DNA of 64,000 nt from an uncultured Gemmatimonadales bacterium (GCA_963771275.1 CAVYSW010000003.1:1184001-1248000); one strand, 5' to 3'; shown: positions 31,604-43,877, numbered from the stretch's first letter. Translations and numbers: made by a program. Notes: generated by a model not told the origin, from the letters alone.

Positions 31604-32683
31604 ATGCGCATTGCGATCTCCACGGGCGGCGGCGACGCGCCCGGCCTCAACGCGGTGATCCGCGCCGTCGTGCTCTCCGCTCTGCAGCGCAACTGGGAGG
31701 TCCTGGGCATTCAGCGAGGCTTCGGCGGCCTGCTGGGCGAGTCGCAGCCGGTCCCGATCACGCGAGACGCGGTGCGCGGGATCACACACCAGGGGGGCAC
31801 GATCCTGGGGACGACGAACCGCGGCAATCCGTTCTCGTGGCCCGTGCGGCGCCCGGACGGCAAGATGGAAGAATGGGACCGGTCCGACGAAGTGCTCGAG
31901 AACTTCAAGCGCCTCGGCCTGAACGCATTGATCGTGGTGGGCGGCGACGGCACGCTCCGGATCGGACACCAGTTGTTCCTCAAAGGCATGCCGCTGGTCG
32001 GGGTACCCAAGACCATCGACAACGACGTCCGCGGCACGGTCATCACGTTCGGGTTCGACACGGCGGTGAACACCGCGACCGATGCGATCGACAAACTCCA
32101 CTCGACGGCGGAAAGCCACCAGCGCGTCTTCGTGGTCGAGGTGATGGGACGGAACGCCGGCTGGATCGCCCTGAACTCGGGCGTCGCCGGGACGGCGGAC
32201 GTGATTCTGATTCCGGAGATCCCGTATGATCTGGAGCGGGTGTGCGACAAGATCCGCGCACGCGAGGGAATGGGCCGGCACTTCAGCATCGTGGTCGTGG
32301 CGGAAGGTGCGAAGCCCCGGGGCGGCACGGAAGTGATCAAGGAAGGCGCTGCCGCGGGCCGGGTCGCGCGGCTCGGCGGCATCGGGGAACGGGTGGCTGC
32401 CGAACTCGAAGCCCGCACGGGGAAGGAAACCCGCTGCGTCGTGCTGGGGCATCTGCAGCGGGGAGGAAGCCCCACGACGTTCGACCGCCTGCTCGCGCTG
32501 CGGTTCGGCGCTGCGGCAGTGCGGGCCGTGGAGGCCGGTGAGTTCGGCCGCATGGTGGCACTCGATCCGCCGAGGGTCTTGACCGTGCCGCTCGAGGAGG
32601 CACTGAGCGGGCACTCGGGAGTGCCGCTGGATCACGACTCACTGCAGACGGCCAGGGATCTGGGGATATCGCTGGGCGACTGA
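31604..32683 (+). CDS. pfkA: 6-phosphofructokinase (PfkA family)
   Basis: TGGGDAPGLNA, GGTILGT, GGDGT, PKTIDND, EVMGR, LGHLQRGG. Confidence 0.93.
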   Translation: MRIAISTGGGDAPGLNAVIRAVVLSALQRNWEVLGIQRGFGGLLGESQPVPITRDAVRGITHQGGTILGTTNRGNPFSWPVRRPDGKMEEWDRSDEVLENFKRLGLNALIVVGGDGTLRIGHQLFLKGMPLVGVPKTIDNDVRGTVITFGFDTAVNTATDAIDKLHSTAESHQRVFVVEVMGRNAGWIALNSGVAGTADVILIPEIPYDLERVCDKIRAREGMGRHFSIVVVAEGAKPRGGTEVIKEGAAAGRVARLGGIGERVAAELEARTGKETRCVVLGHLQRGGSPTTFDRLLALRFGAAAVRAVEAGEFGRMVALDPPRVLTVPLEEALSGHSGVPLDHDSLQTARDLGISLGD

Positions 32684-32747
32684 GCCGCCCTTCCCTGCCG
32701 CCCACCCTCCCGCGAGGGGATGGGCGCGAGAGGTTAGGTTGTAGCTC

Positions 32748-35342
32748 GTGAGCTATCCGCACCACCACGTCCGCGATCACTATCTCCCCCCCGATCGGGA
32801 CGCCTTTCGACAGGCCGAGCCCCGGACGGGACGGGTCATCGTGATCGCCCCGACACGCGCGGCGTGCGAGACCATCGAGCTCGCGTTCGGGCTTCGGCTG
32901 GAGACCGTCCTCGAGCGCGAGCACGGACGGGAAATCCGCGAGTTGGCCCGCCGGGGAGCGGGCTTCGGCATCGTCGCCGGGACGGGCACCGGAAAAACGC
33001 TCGCCATCCGGCCGATCGCCGAGGAGGTCCTGCAGGCGCCGCTGCGCGTGGGGGTGGTCAACCGCGAGCGGGAAGCCACGCCGGATACGCCGAGCTGGAA
33101 CGTGATCATCGTGACCACGGGAATCGCGCGGCGTTGGTTCCAGTGTGAGCTGATTGGGCCGCAGGACACGTTGGTGGTCGACGAGATCCACCAGACGTCG
33201 GCGGAGCTGGAGCTGTGTCTCGCCCTGGGCAAGCGCGTCGGGTGCCGTTTCATCTGGCTTTCGGCCACGGTCGATCCGGCGTTCTTCGCGGCCTACCTGC
33301 GCTCGGCGGACGTGCTGGAGACGGCGGCGTTCGATCCACGCCTCGCCGCGCGCGTGGGCGTGCGGGCCGCAGATCCGCTCGAGTTCCTGGACGACCGGTT
33401 CGTGCGACGGGTGCTGCGGGAACGGCGTGGGGTCGCCGTGTTCCTGCCGACCCGGGCGGAGGTGGAAGCGGTCGCCACCGAGCTCGCGGACGGATATCCC
33501 GGGCTCAACGCCACCTTCTACCACGGAGGCGAGCCGATCCGGGTGATCCGGCCGTTCCTCGAGGGGACGGCCGAGCGCCCCTTCGTGCTGGCGATGACCG
33601 CTGCCGGCCAGTCGGCGCTCAACGTGAGCGGACTCGACACGGTAGTGATCTACGATGCGCGGTACGCCAATGTCGTGGAGCGCGGTCGCAACGTGCTCAC
33701 GCGGCAATACCTTGGCGCGAACGAGATCCTGCAGATGGCTGGGCGGGTGCACGGGCGGGTGCCGGACGGCGAGGTGCACATCCTGAGCGATCGGGCGATC
33801 GAGTTCGACGGCCTGCGGCCCACGCCACCCGAGTTCCAGCTGGCCGGAGACTCGGAGCGGATCGCCCTGACCGCCGCCGCGCTGGGCGTCGATCTCGGCG
33901 AGCTGGACCTGCCAGTGCCGATCGATCGCCGGGCCTACCGCAACGCGGCCCGCGAGCTCACCGAGCGCGGGATCATCGACGACGGCCGGCTGACGGGATA
34001 CGGGGCGGACGTGGAAGCCATGCCGGTGGAGCGGCCGTGGGGTGAGCTGCTGGTGCACGCCGACGCCGAGCTCACGCCGCTCGTGGCGGTCGCTGCCAGC
34101 ATCGAGTCCCTCCACCGCATGACGCGCGAGGAGCGGGACCTGCGAGCGCTCGTCGTGCACGGGAGCGATCACCTCACGGCGTACAACGTCTACGCGGAGG
34201 CCGTGAGCCTGCACGGGAGTGTCGGCCTGGTGTACGGGTTGCCGCGCCACCAGTTCCGCGAGACGGTCGCGGAGTGGTCGGCGTCCCGCGGCGTGCTCGT
34301 CAAGGCGCTTGAGGACGCGGCGCTGGGGATGGCGTCGGTCTACCGCACGCTCGAACTGCCGCTTCCGGAGAGCCTGAACACGGCGCGGGGGGGCGCAGTG
34401 CGCGGGTTCCGCGATCTGGTGGCCCGGGTGATGCCGTTCGACCTCGCGATCGAGCAGGAGACCGCACGCGGGGAGCCGGTTCGCGTCAGCCGCGGGTCGT
34501 TCTGCGCGCCTACCGCCGCGGTTGCGGGCCAGATCCGCTACTTCGCCGACCGGTTTGGGGTGCCGCGCGGGGCGATCGAAGGAACCGAGATCCCGTTCGA
34601 TCTCATCCGGCGATATGCCGTGCGCACGCCGCCCGCGGTGCGGTATCGGGACGACCGCCGGCCGGTTGGGCTCGTCGCCGAGCGGGCGTTGACGTACTGC
34701 GGGTTCGAGCTGGAGCGGGAACGCCGGCCGCTGGTGGGGGATTTCCCGGTCGAGCTGGCGGAGCAGGCGCGGTACGCTATTGCTAGGGCATTAGTTGTAG
34801 GCACTACTCCGCATCACGCCCAGCGCCAGCTCGCGAAGTCGATCATCCGGCTGGACGAATACTGGCGGCGATCGGGTGGGGCGCTACAGGCGGCCGACCC
34901 GGACGCTGTTGCCGGGCTGCTGGCGCGGCAGTTGAGCGGGGTGGCGAGCTGGGAGGGATTCCTCAGGACCAGGCTTGAGCTTGATGTCGCGGCCCTGGTT
35001 GACCTGGACACGCGAGCGCGGCTCGATGCCCTGCCCTCTTCGGTGGCGCTGCTTGGCGATCGGATCCCGCTGCGCTACGAAGTTGAGCGGGGGGTGGCGG
35101 TGGTGCGGTTGCGGCTGCGGGAAGGGAAGGCTCGACGCTTGCGCTCCCGGGACCTGCCCCAGCTGGACCGGCCGGTGCGGTTCACCGTCGTTCGGGGGAA
35201 GAGCGACGTGCTCCACGCCGCGTCGATGGAGGAGCTCGAAGAGGGGCTAACGCGACTGCCTCAGGGGCGCCGTCAGGGCCGGACGCGGCGGCCGCGTTCT
35301 GAAGATCGCCCCGCGCGCGGGCGGCGGGGACCGATGCGCTAG
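32748..35342 (+). CDS. DEAH/RHA-type (HrpB-like) SF2 helicase
   Basis: GTGTGKT, DEIH, SAT, FLP, QMAGRVHGR. Confidence 0.85.
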   Translation: MSYPHHHVRDHYLPPDRDAFRQAEPRTGRVIVIAPTRAACETIELAFGLRLETVLEREHGREIRELARRGAGFGIVAGTGTGKTLAIRPIAEEVLQAPLRVGVVNREREATPDTPSWNVIIVTTGIARRWFQCELIGPQDTLVVDEIHQTSAELELCLALGKRVGCRFIWLSATVDPAFFAAYLRSADVLETAAFDPRLAARVGVRAADPLEFLDDRFVRRVLRERRGVAVFLPTRAEVEAVATELADGYPGLNATFYHGGEPIRVIRPFLEGTAERPFVLAMTAAGQSALNVSGLDTVVIYDARYANVVERGRNVLTRQYLGANEILQMAGRVHGRVPDGEVHILSDRAIEFDGLRPTPPEFQLAGDSERIALTAAALGVDLGELDLPVPIDRRAYRNAARELTERGIIDDGRLTGYGADVEAMPVERPWGELLVHADAELTPLVAVAASIESLHRMTREERDLRALVVHGSDHLTAYNVYAEAVSLHGSVGLVYGLPRHQFRETVAEWSASRGVLVKALEDAALGMASVYRTLELPLPESLNTARGGAVRGFRDLVARVMPFDLAIEQETARGEPVRVSRGSFCAPTAAVAGQIRYFADRFGVPRGAIEGTEIPFDLIRRYAVRTPPAVRYRDDRRPVGLVAERALTYCGFELERERRPLVGDFPVELAEQARYAIARALVVGTTPHHAQRQLAKSIIRLDEYWRRSGGALQAADPDAVAGLLARQLSGVASWEGFLRTRLELDVAALVDLDTRARLDALPSSVALLGDRIPLRYEVERGVAVVRLRLREGKARRLRSRDLPQLDRPVRFTVVRGKSDVLHAASMEELEEGLTRLPQGRRQGRTRRPRSEDRPARGRRGPMR

Positions 35343-35378
35343 GACGCCCGGACGGCTGGCGCGGCACTGGGTGAGAGT

Positions 35379-35987
35379 TCAGACTGGACGCGTGAGCGAA
35401 AGAACGCCAGCCCACAGGGCATGCCAAGCCGGCTCGAGGGCATCGGCTGAAGCGCCCGACGCCACTTGGAGTCCCAGCCCGTCGATCACCGCCATCAGGA
35501 GCAGCGCGATCTCGCCGGTCGGGACGCTGGACGTGAGTTCCATGCGGCGGAACAGCGCGTCGACGTCCTCCACCAGTTGGCTCAGCATGCGGAGTCGCGC
35601 ACTGCTGACTGTCCGGACAACCACATCACTAGATTCCATGCCAAGCGCGGTCGAAGCCGCCGTGACCCCTCGCCCTGCCTCATTGGCAATCAGCGACCAG
35701 GCTGCACCGATCACACCCCGTGGATCCGGGCCGTGCAGCGCGACCTTCCAGGCAGCGGCGCGCTCTGCCCAGATGCGCTCTGCAGCCGCCGACAGCAGTT
35801 TGTCCTTCGTCTTGAAGTGATAGTGAACCAATCCTTTGGCGCATCCAGCAGCCGAGGCGACCGAATCAAGCGTCACCCGGGTCACCGGGCCAGCGAGCAA
35901 CTGATCGACTGCCGCGAGGAGGATTGCGGCACTCGCCTCCCGCCGCTTCTGCTCCGGCCTTGCAGTGCGTCGCACCATGATGGTCAC
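35379..35987 (-). CDS. TetR/AcrR family regulator
   Basis: TLDSVASAAGCAKGLVHYHFKTK HTH. Confidence 0.85.
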   Translation of the reverse strand: MTIMVRRTARPEQKRREASAAILLAAVDQLLAGPVTRVTLDSVASAAGCAKGLVHYHFKTKDKLLSAAAERIWAERAAAWKVALHGPDPRGVIGAAWSLIANEAGRGVTAASTALGMESSDVVVRTVSSARLRMLSQLVEDVDALFRRMELTSSVPTGEIALLLMAVIDGLGLQVASGASADALEPAWHALWAGVLSLTRPV

Positions 35988-36012
35988 CCCACAGAGGCAG
36001 CAAACTGGCCGT

Positions 36013-36070
36013 CTGGACAGTCAATCTTTGATCGTCGGTGCGACAATATACTAACTGACTGGACAGTCAG
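36013..36070. promoter_or_regulatory. Twin TetR-type operator sites in a divergent promoter region
   Basis: Inverted repeat CTGACTG-GA-CAGTCAG (36055-36070); CTGGACAGTCA repeated at 36013-36023. Confidence 0.7.
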
Positions 36071-36185
36071 CAATGGCTGCCGATCGCCTCACTCGATCAG
36101 ATGCTCTTCGATGCAGCTGCCGCCTGGCACATACCCGCCTCGTTCATTCTGAAACCGGGAATCGTTCGGTACCGTACAACAGGGC

Positions 36186-36668
36186 ATGAATTCGGGTACG
36201 TCGGTCCCGACCGGATCGCAGATCTTCTCCCCGTTGGCGAAGGCGCTGCTGGACGGGTTCGCCGAGGCGGTGGTGCTGTTCGATGCCGACGGCCGCATCA
36301 TGTACGCCAACGCCCCGGCCCGCGAGGTCCTGGAGCGCCTGTCTCAGGGCGGCCTGTTGAACACGAAGGCCCTGTTGCCGCATCTGGGGCGGATGGGGGG
36401 ACGGATCGAGCGTGTCACCGCCGGGCTCGTGCCGGTCGGCCACGCCGTGTACGTGCTGGTCCACAAGCCGGACGCCACGCTGGCGGACCGAGAGCGACGG
36501 GCCATTGTCGAGACGCTCAACGCGACCGGCTGGCGGCTCACCGAAACCGCGCGGCGCCTCGGCATCTCCCGCACCACGTTGTGGCGCCGCCTCCGGCTGT
36601 GGGGAATCGACGGCCCACCCGAGGCGGAGTCCGACCGCGAGGCCGGCGTCGAACCCACCGGGGCATGA
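36186..36668 (+). CDS. Small PAS-like plus Fis-type HTH protein
   Basis: EAVVLFDADGRIMYAN (PAS start); ERRAIVETL..TGW...TARRLGISRTTLWRRL (Fis HTH). Confidence 0.8.
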   Translation: MNSGTSVPTGSQIFSPLAKALLDGFAEAVVLFDADGRIMYANAPAREVLERLSQGGLLNTKALLPHLGRMGGRIERVTAGLVPVGHAVYVLVHKPDATLADRERRAIVETLNATGWRLTETARRLGISRTTLWRRLRLWGIDGPPEAESDREAGVEPTGA

Positions 36669-38854
36669 CCGCGCTCGCCCTCGCGCTGGCGGTGCTCTCG
36701 GCCGTCGCGGGTCCATCCGGAGCCACGCAGGACACGGCGACGTACGCCGACGCGGAGACCGCCGCGCTGGTCGCGCGCGCCCGCGCGCGCCATGCGCGTC
36801 AGGACTCCCTGGTCCGTGACTACCGGGCGCTGATACGCACCCGGTTCGACGCGAGCGCTGGGAAGAGTCGATTCGCGCGACTGAGTCCCCTGATCGCGCA
36901 CGAGAGTGTGGCGCAGATCGTGTGGCGGGCGCCGAACGATCTGAAAGTCGTGCTGCTGGGCGCGCGGACCAAGTCCGTGCTTTCCCGATTCGTGCCGCGC
37001 CGCGCGAACGTGCGGGACGAAGAAGTACGCGTGTCGGTGGGCGACCGTCCGTGGTTCGTGCCCCGCGCGCTCGGCGACAGCATCCGCCTGCTGGGCGTGC
37101 CGGAGACGGCCGCGCTCCATCCGCTGGCTCCCGGCGCAGACGCCTTCTACCACTACGCGATCGTCGACTCGATGATCGTGTCGCTCCCCGGTCACACGAT
37201 TCGGGCGATCGCCATCCGGGTTCGGCCGCGGCGGCTCGGTCCGTCGCTCGTGGCCGGCGACATGTGGGTGGACGCGGAAACGGCCGATGTGGTGCGACTG
37301 ATGGTGACGTTTCTCGGGGACTACCTCTGGTCCGCTCCTGACGACAGCGCCAGCGCCGCGGACAGTGCGGACGCGCGCAAGGACTCGCGACGCGCGCAGC
37401 GGATTCTCACCGTCCAGGCGGACCTCGAGTATTCACTGCACGAGGATCGGTACTGGATGCCGTACCGCCAGGTGCTCGCCATCACCGCCGAGTTGGACTT
37501 CCTGATTCGGCTGGCGGCGCCGTTTCGCGTGATCACGACGTTCAGTGACTACCGGATCAATAGCGATGCGCCCCTCAGCTTCGACGCGCCGATCGACTCC
37601 GTGAGCGAGGGACGAGTGTCGAGGCGGTACTGCCCGCGATGCGGTGCCGACGCGCGGGACCGCACCGCCGCCGCGGTCGGTTACCTGCGCGCCGGCAACT
37701 GGAGCGGGGGACGGTGGGAAGTGGTCGTTCCGCCGGCGGACTCGCTGCGCCGCTACGCGTGGGCGGACTCCCTGCGGCTGGAGGAAGATGACGCGACCGC
37801 CGAGCACATCCGCCAGAGCGTGGCCGAACTGGCGCGCTTGGAGGAAGGCCTGCCCGCGGGATTCCTGCTGCGACGCCGGTTTGGTCCTGCGTGGGAGAGC
37901 GTGGCGGATCTGGTCCGATTCAATCGCGTGCAGGGTGCGTCCGTCGGACTCGGTGTGCGGCTGCGCCCCCGCTTGGCGTTTACGACGATGCTGCTGTCGG
38001 GGCGGTACGGCTTTGCGGACACGCGCGTCACGGGATCGGCCCTGGTGCGACGCGACGCCCCGGGAGGGCTGCTTGAAGTGCGCGCGTTCCGCGAGGTGAT
38101 GGAGGTGGAGCCGTGGACCGGGGGGCTCGGCATTGGCAACGCGCTGAACGCGGTGTTTGCGGCGCACGACGATGCGGATTACTACCTCGCGGTCTGGGGT
38201 GGGCGTCTTGCCTACACGCCCTACACCGGCGCCCTGGAGGACGTCGACCTGGCGATCTCGTATGAACGGCAGCGGAGCATGCGCACGGAGGCCGGCTCCG
38301 CGGTGAACGACCTGCTCGGCGGCTCGGGGGTGATGCCGCCCAACCCCGAAGTGGTGGAGGGCGATTTCGTCCGGGGCCTGGTCAGTCCCCACCGACGGTT
38401 CGGTGCCGTGGACGTGCGGCTCGGGCTCGAGGGGCTGGCGGGCAAACCTGGGGGTGGGATGCGTGGCTGGGTGACCGCGCGGGTCCCCTTCCGCATGCTC
38501 GATCGGACCGGCACGCTCGGTCTCAAGTCCGGGTATGCGCTGGGCGACAGTCTCCCGCAGCTCCGGTTCCGGGCCGGTGGGCCGGCGACGGTGCGGGGCT
38601 ACGACTACGGGACGCGGGTCGGGGCCGGCGTGTGGGCGGCGCAGCTGGACTTGGCGCTGACCCGAAGCTGGCTGCTGGCGCCGGTGGTCTTCGTTGACGT
38701 GGGCGACACGTTCGATCGCGGGAGTTTCGATCCACTGGTGGGTGTCGGCGGCGGTGTTTCCCTGCTCGGAGGCCTCGTGCGGTTCAACGGGGCTGTCGGG
38801 CTCAACCCGCGCTCGGACTTCCGCTTCGATCTGTTGTTCCGTGCGCCGCGGTGA
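36665..38854 (+). CDS. Secreted/outer-membrane protein with C-terminal Omp85/ShlB-like beta-barrel
   Basis: Signal peptide; RFNRVQG; GGPATVRGYDY loop motif; amphipathic beta strands; ATGA coupling. Confidence 0.72.
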   Translation: MTALALALAVLSAVAGPSGATQDTATYADAETAALVARARARHARQDSLVRDYRALIRTRFDASAGKSRFARLSPLIAHESVAQIVWRAPNDLKVVLLGARTKSVLSRFVPRRANVRDEEVRVSVGDRPWFVPRALGDSIRLLGVPETAALHPLAPGADAFYHYAIVDSMIVSLPGHTIRAIAIRVRPRRLGPSLVAGDMWVDAETADVVRLMVTFLGDYLWSAPDDSASAADSADARKDSRRAQRILTVQADLEYSLHEDRYWMPYRQVLAITAELDFLIRLAAPFRVITTFSDYRINSDAPLSFDAPIDSVSEGRVSRRYCPRCGADARDRTAAAVGYLRAGNWSGGRWEVVVPPADSLRRYAWADSLRLEEDDATAEHIRQSVAELARLEEGLPAGFLLRRRFGPAWESVADLVRFNRVQGASVGLGVRLRPRLAFTTMLLSGRYGFADTRVTGSALVRRDAPGGLLEVRAFREVMEVEPWTGGLGIGNALNAVFAAHDDADYYLAVWGGRLAYTPYTGALEDVDLAISYERQRSMRTEAGSAVNDLLGGSGVMPPNPEVVEGDFVRGLVSPHRRFGAVDVRLGLEGLAGKPGGGMRGWVTARVPFRMLDRTGTLGLKSGYALGDSLPQLRFRAGGPATVRGYDYGTRVGAGVWAAQLDLALTRSWLLAPVVFVDVGDTFDRGSFDPLVGVGGGVSLLGGLVRFNGAVGLNPRSDFRFDLLFRAPR

Positions 38855-38904
38855 CCACGCGATCCCAGTAGCGGCTCCGGCCGCCTCCGCCTACGTTCCT
38901 CCGG

Positions 38905-39381
38905 ATGGAGCGTCGTCCGTTCACCGTCGACGAGTATGTGCGTTGGTCAGATGTGGACCACGCGGGCATCATCTTCTACGGCGCTTATGTCCGGTTCTTC
39001 GAGATCGCCGAGACGGAGATGTTTCGCGAGCTCGGACTTCCCTACGGCGAGTTCTTCGACCGGTACGGCATCTGGTTGCCGCGGGTGCATTTCGACTGCG
39101 ACTTCACGTTCCCCGCCCGCCTGGACGATCGACTTCGCGTGGCGGCCTACATCAGCCATTTCGGGGGAAGCTCCCTCACGTTGAGCTTCGACGTGGTTCA
39201 TGCCGGCGCGCGGCGCCTGTGCGCCATCGCGCGTGAAGTGCTGGTGTGTACCGACCGACGTACCATGACGCCGCGGCCGCTGCCACCCGATGTGCGGGCG
39301 CTTCTCGAGCAGTGCGCGTTTACCAGCAGTGAGGTGCGCGAGCATCTGGGCTTGGCGGCCCGTGTGGAGGCAAGCGAATGA
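38905..39381 (+). CDS. Acyl-CoA thioesterase (4HBT/YbgC family)
   Basis: VRWSDVDHAGIIFYGAYVRFFE. Confidence 0.88.
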   Translation: MERRPFTVDEYVRWSDVDHAGIIFYGAYVRFFEIAETEMFRELGLPYGEFFDRYGIWLPRVHFDCDFTFPARLDDRLRVAAYISHFGGSSLTLSFDVVHAGARRLCAIAREVLVCTDRRTMTPRPLPPDVRALLEQCAFTSSEVREHLGLAARVEASE

Positions 39382-40004
39382 ACCGAATGGCCCTCATGCT
39401 GGTCATGCTGCTGGCCGCCTGCGGGCGGCGCGGAGCGAAGGAGGCCGCGGCGACGGGGGGTGATCAGGGAGACACCGTGACGGTCGCCGCCGACACCACG
39501 CTGCCGGCCATGCCCTCGCTGCCGGCGCGTCGCAAGGGCTACTTCACCGCGACGGCGGTCGGCGCGGTGACTTTCGAGAAGGCGTGGCCCGCGCGGGCGG
39601 GGCGGTGCGCGCGACCTGCCATGATCCTGGTGCTGGGTGAGGAGGAGGGGAGCGGTGGCTCCATTCTGCTTCAGTTGCCGACCTCGCGCCCGTTGACCGG
39701 CACGTACGCCGTGAAGGTCGCCGATTCCACGGGCATGCCGGAGGCGCCCGCGGCGCAGCTCGGTTTCCAGTTCTTCGACAAGCAAGGCGGGTCGGCCTAC
39801 CAGGCCGCCGAGGGTGCGGTGGTGATCACCAGCCTGGATGATCGGCGCGTGAGCGGTGACTTTCGCGTGACCGTGCGTCACATCGTCACCGACCGACGCG
39901 CCAGGATCGCGGGAGCGTTCCAGGCCGTGGACGTCGAGCCGCTCACCCCCGCATGGTGTGAGTCCGCGCAGGCGGCGCAGGACTCGCTCACCAAGAAGCG
40001 GTAG
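39378..40004 (+). CDS. Hypothetical lipoprotein
   Basis: Lipobox LLAAC; ATGA coupling. Confidence 0.72.
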   Translation: MNRMALMLVMLLAACGRRGAKEAAATGGDQGDTVTVAADTTLPAMPSLPARRKGYFTATAVGAVTFEKAWPARAGRCARPAMILVLGEEEGSGGSILLQLPTSRPLTGTYAVKVADSTGMPEAPAAQLGFQFFDKQGGSAYQAAEGAVVITSLDDRRVSGDFRVTVRHIVTDRRARIAGAFQAVDVEPLTPAWCESAQAAQDSLTKKR

Positions 40005-40013
40005 CGCGGGTCG

Positions 40014-41207
40014 ATGGCAGCCGGGTACTTCAGGAAGGGCTTCGGCCTCAAGCAGGAGATTGCCGGGGAGCTCAATGCCGCCTACCACAGCCGACTCGTC
40101 GAGCACCTCAAGGCACACGATCATACGCTCGCGGCCGGCGGCCTGACGATCCGGCTGGCCCGGGAGTTTGGATTCTGCTACGGGGTGGATCGGGCGGTCG
40201 AGTACGCCTACGAAACCCGCAAGAAGTTCCCGGACCGCCGGCTGTTCCTGGTGGGCGAGATCATCCACAACCCGCACGTCAACACGCGACTCCGCGAACT
40301 CGGCGTGACGATCATCGGGTACGATCCCGAAGGAGAGTTCGACTTCTCGGCGGTCCGTGCTGAGGACGTGGTCTTGATTCCCGCGTTCGGCGTCACGGTA
40401 CGGGATTTTGCGCGCCTCGAGTCGATTGGCTGCGTGCGGGTGGACACGACGTGCGGCTCGGTGCTCAACGTCTGGAAGCGGGTCGAGCGATACGCGAAGG
40501 ACGGGTTCACGTCGGTAGTGCATGGCAAGCACTACCACGAGGAGACGAAGGCCACGGTGAGCCAGGCCGGGCGCTTCGGGGAAGGGAAGTACCTCATTCT
40601 GCGGGACATGGACGAGGCGCTCGTGCTGTGCCGGTGGATCGCGCATGGCGACAACGCGGCCGATGTGGAGGCGATGTTCGCCGGGCGGGTGTCACGGGGG
40701 TTCGATTTCGCACGCGACCTCGAGCGGATCGGCGTCGCGAACCAGACGACCATGCTCGCGAGGGAATCGCTGGCCATCGCGGCGCGGATCGGCGAGGCGC
40801 TCGCGCGGCGCTACGGGGCGGACCAGCTCGACGGTCACTTCCGGAGCTTCGACACGATCTGCTCCGCCACGCAGGACCGGCAAGACGCCGTGCTCGCCCT
40901 GATCGAGGAGTCGCTCGACGCCATGCTGGTGGTGGGGGGCTACAACTCGAGCAACACGACCAACCTGGCGCGGATATGCGCCAGTCGGGTTACGACCTAT
41001 CACGTCGCGGACGCCGAGTGCATCCGGCCGGAGAGTGGGGCGATTCGTCATAAGCCGGTCGATGGGCACGGCGAGGTGGAGACGACCGGCTGGCTCGACG
41101 GGGTGGCGCGCCTCGGCATTACGGCCGGCGCGTCGACGCCGAACAACAAGATTGGCGAAGCGATCGAGCGGGTGCTCCAGAGCCGGGGCCTGCGGATCGA
41201 CGTCTAG
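40014..41207 (+). CDS. ispH: 4-hydroxy-3-methylbut-2-enyl diphosphate reductase
   Basis: FGFCYGV, IIHNP, DTTC, NQTT, TICSATQDRQ, SSNT, AGASTP. Confidence 0.95.
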   Translation: MAAGYFRKGFGLKQEIAGELNAAYHSRLVEHLKAHDHTLAAGGLTIRLAREFGFCYGVDRAVEYAYETRKKFPDRRLFLVGEIIHNPHVNTRLRELGVTIIGYDPEGEFDFSAVRAEDVVLIPAFGVTVRDFARLESIGCVRVDTTCGSVLNVWKRVERYAKDGFTSVVHGKHYHEETKATVSQAGRFGEGKYLILRDMDEALVLCRWIAHGDNAADVEAMFAGRVSRGFDFARDLERIGVANQTTMLARESLAIAARIGEALARRYGADQLDGHFRSFDTICSATQDRQDAVLALIEESLDAMLVVGGYNSSNTTNLARICASRVTTYHVADAECIRPESGAIRHKPVDGHGEVETTGWLDGVARLGITAGASTPNNKIGEAIERVLQSRGLRIDV

Positions 41208-41261
41208 CGTGGTCGGCGCCCGGCGGCCCCCGGTGCTGCGCTGGCCCGCCCGCTCGGCCGA

Positions 41262-42262
41262 CTAGAACCTCAGCAGTGATGCCCCCCAGGTGAACCCGGA
41301 TCCGAACGAGGCGAGGCACACCAGGTCGCCACGCTTCACCTTCCCGTGCTTCACGACCTCACTGAACGCGATCGGGATGCTCGCCGCGGTGGTGTTGCCG
41401 AACCGGTCGATGTTGCTGTAGACCTTCTCCTCCGGGAGCTCGAGCCGCTTGCGCACCGCCTCGGTAATCCGGAGGTTGGCCTGGTGCGGGATCACGATGG
41501 CCAGGTCGTCGGGGGTCAGCTGGTGCGCACACAGCACTTCGCGGATCACGTCGGGGAACTTGGTGATCGCGTGCTTGAAGACCTCGCGGCCGTTCATGTA
41601 CGGGTAGACCGACCCCTCGTCGATCATCTCCTTGGAGATCCACGGGAGGCAGGCGGCGCCGGGCTTCTGGATGCACAGCTCCAGCGCGTACTTGCCGTTG
41701 CTGTGCAGGCGGTGCCCCAGCACGTGGCTGCCGTTCGCTCCGTCGGTGACTGCCAGACATATCGCGCCGGCGCCATCGCCGAACAGCACCCCCGTGTCGC
41801 GTCCCGCCGTGCTCATCCGGATGCCCGGTGACTGCAACTCGGCGCCGATCAGCAGGACGCGATCGACCATTCCCATGCGGATGTAGCCATCCGCCGCCGC
41901 GAGGCCGTAGACGAACCCGGTGCACTGGTTCCGGATGTCCATGGCGCCGACCTCACCCAGGCCGAGCTTGTGCTGGAGCAGCACGCCATTCCCGGGGAAG
42001 TAGAGATCCGGCGAGAGTGTGGCGAAGATCAGCAGCTGCACGTCGTCGGGGCTCCAGCCGGCGTCGGCGAGCGCGGCCCGGGCCGCGTGCGCGGCGAGGT
42101 CGGTGCACGTGACGCCGGGCGCCGCGAAGTGGCGCTGCTTGATGCCGGTCCGCTCCTGAATCCAGGCGTCGGACGTGTCCATGAGCTGCTCGAGGTCATG
42201 ATTGGTAACGACCCGAGGCGGGACGTAGTGGCCGAGTCCGGCGATGCGCGTCAGTCGTTGGG

Positions 42263-42266
<4 letters not shown>
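41262..42266 (-). CDS. fabH: 3-oxoacyl-ACP synthase III
   Basis: [38 protein letters not shown]; own ATG overlaps the fumarase stop. Confidence 0.93.
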
Positions 42267-43877
<1,611 letters not shown>

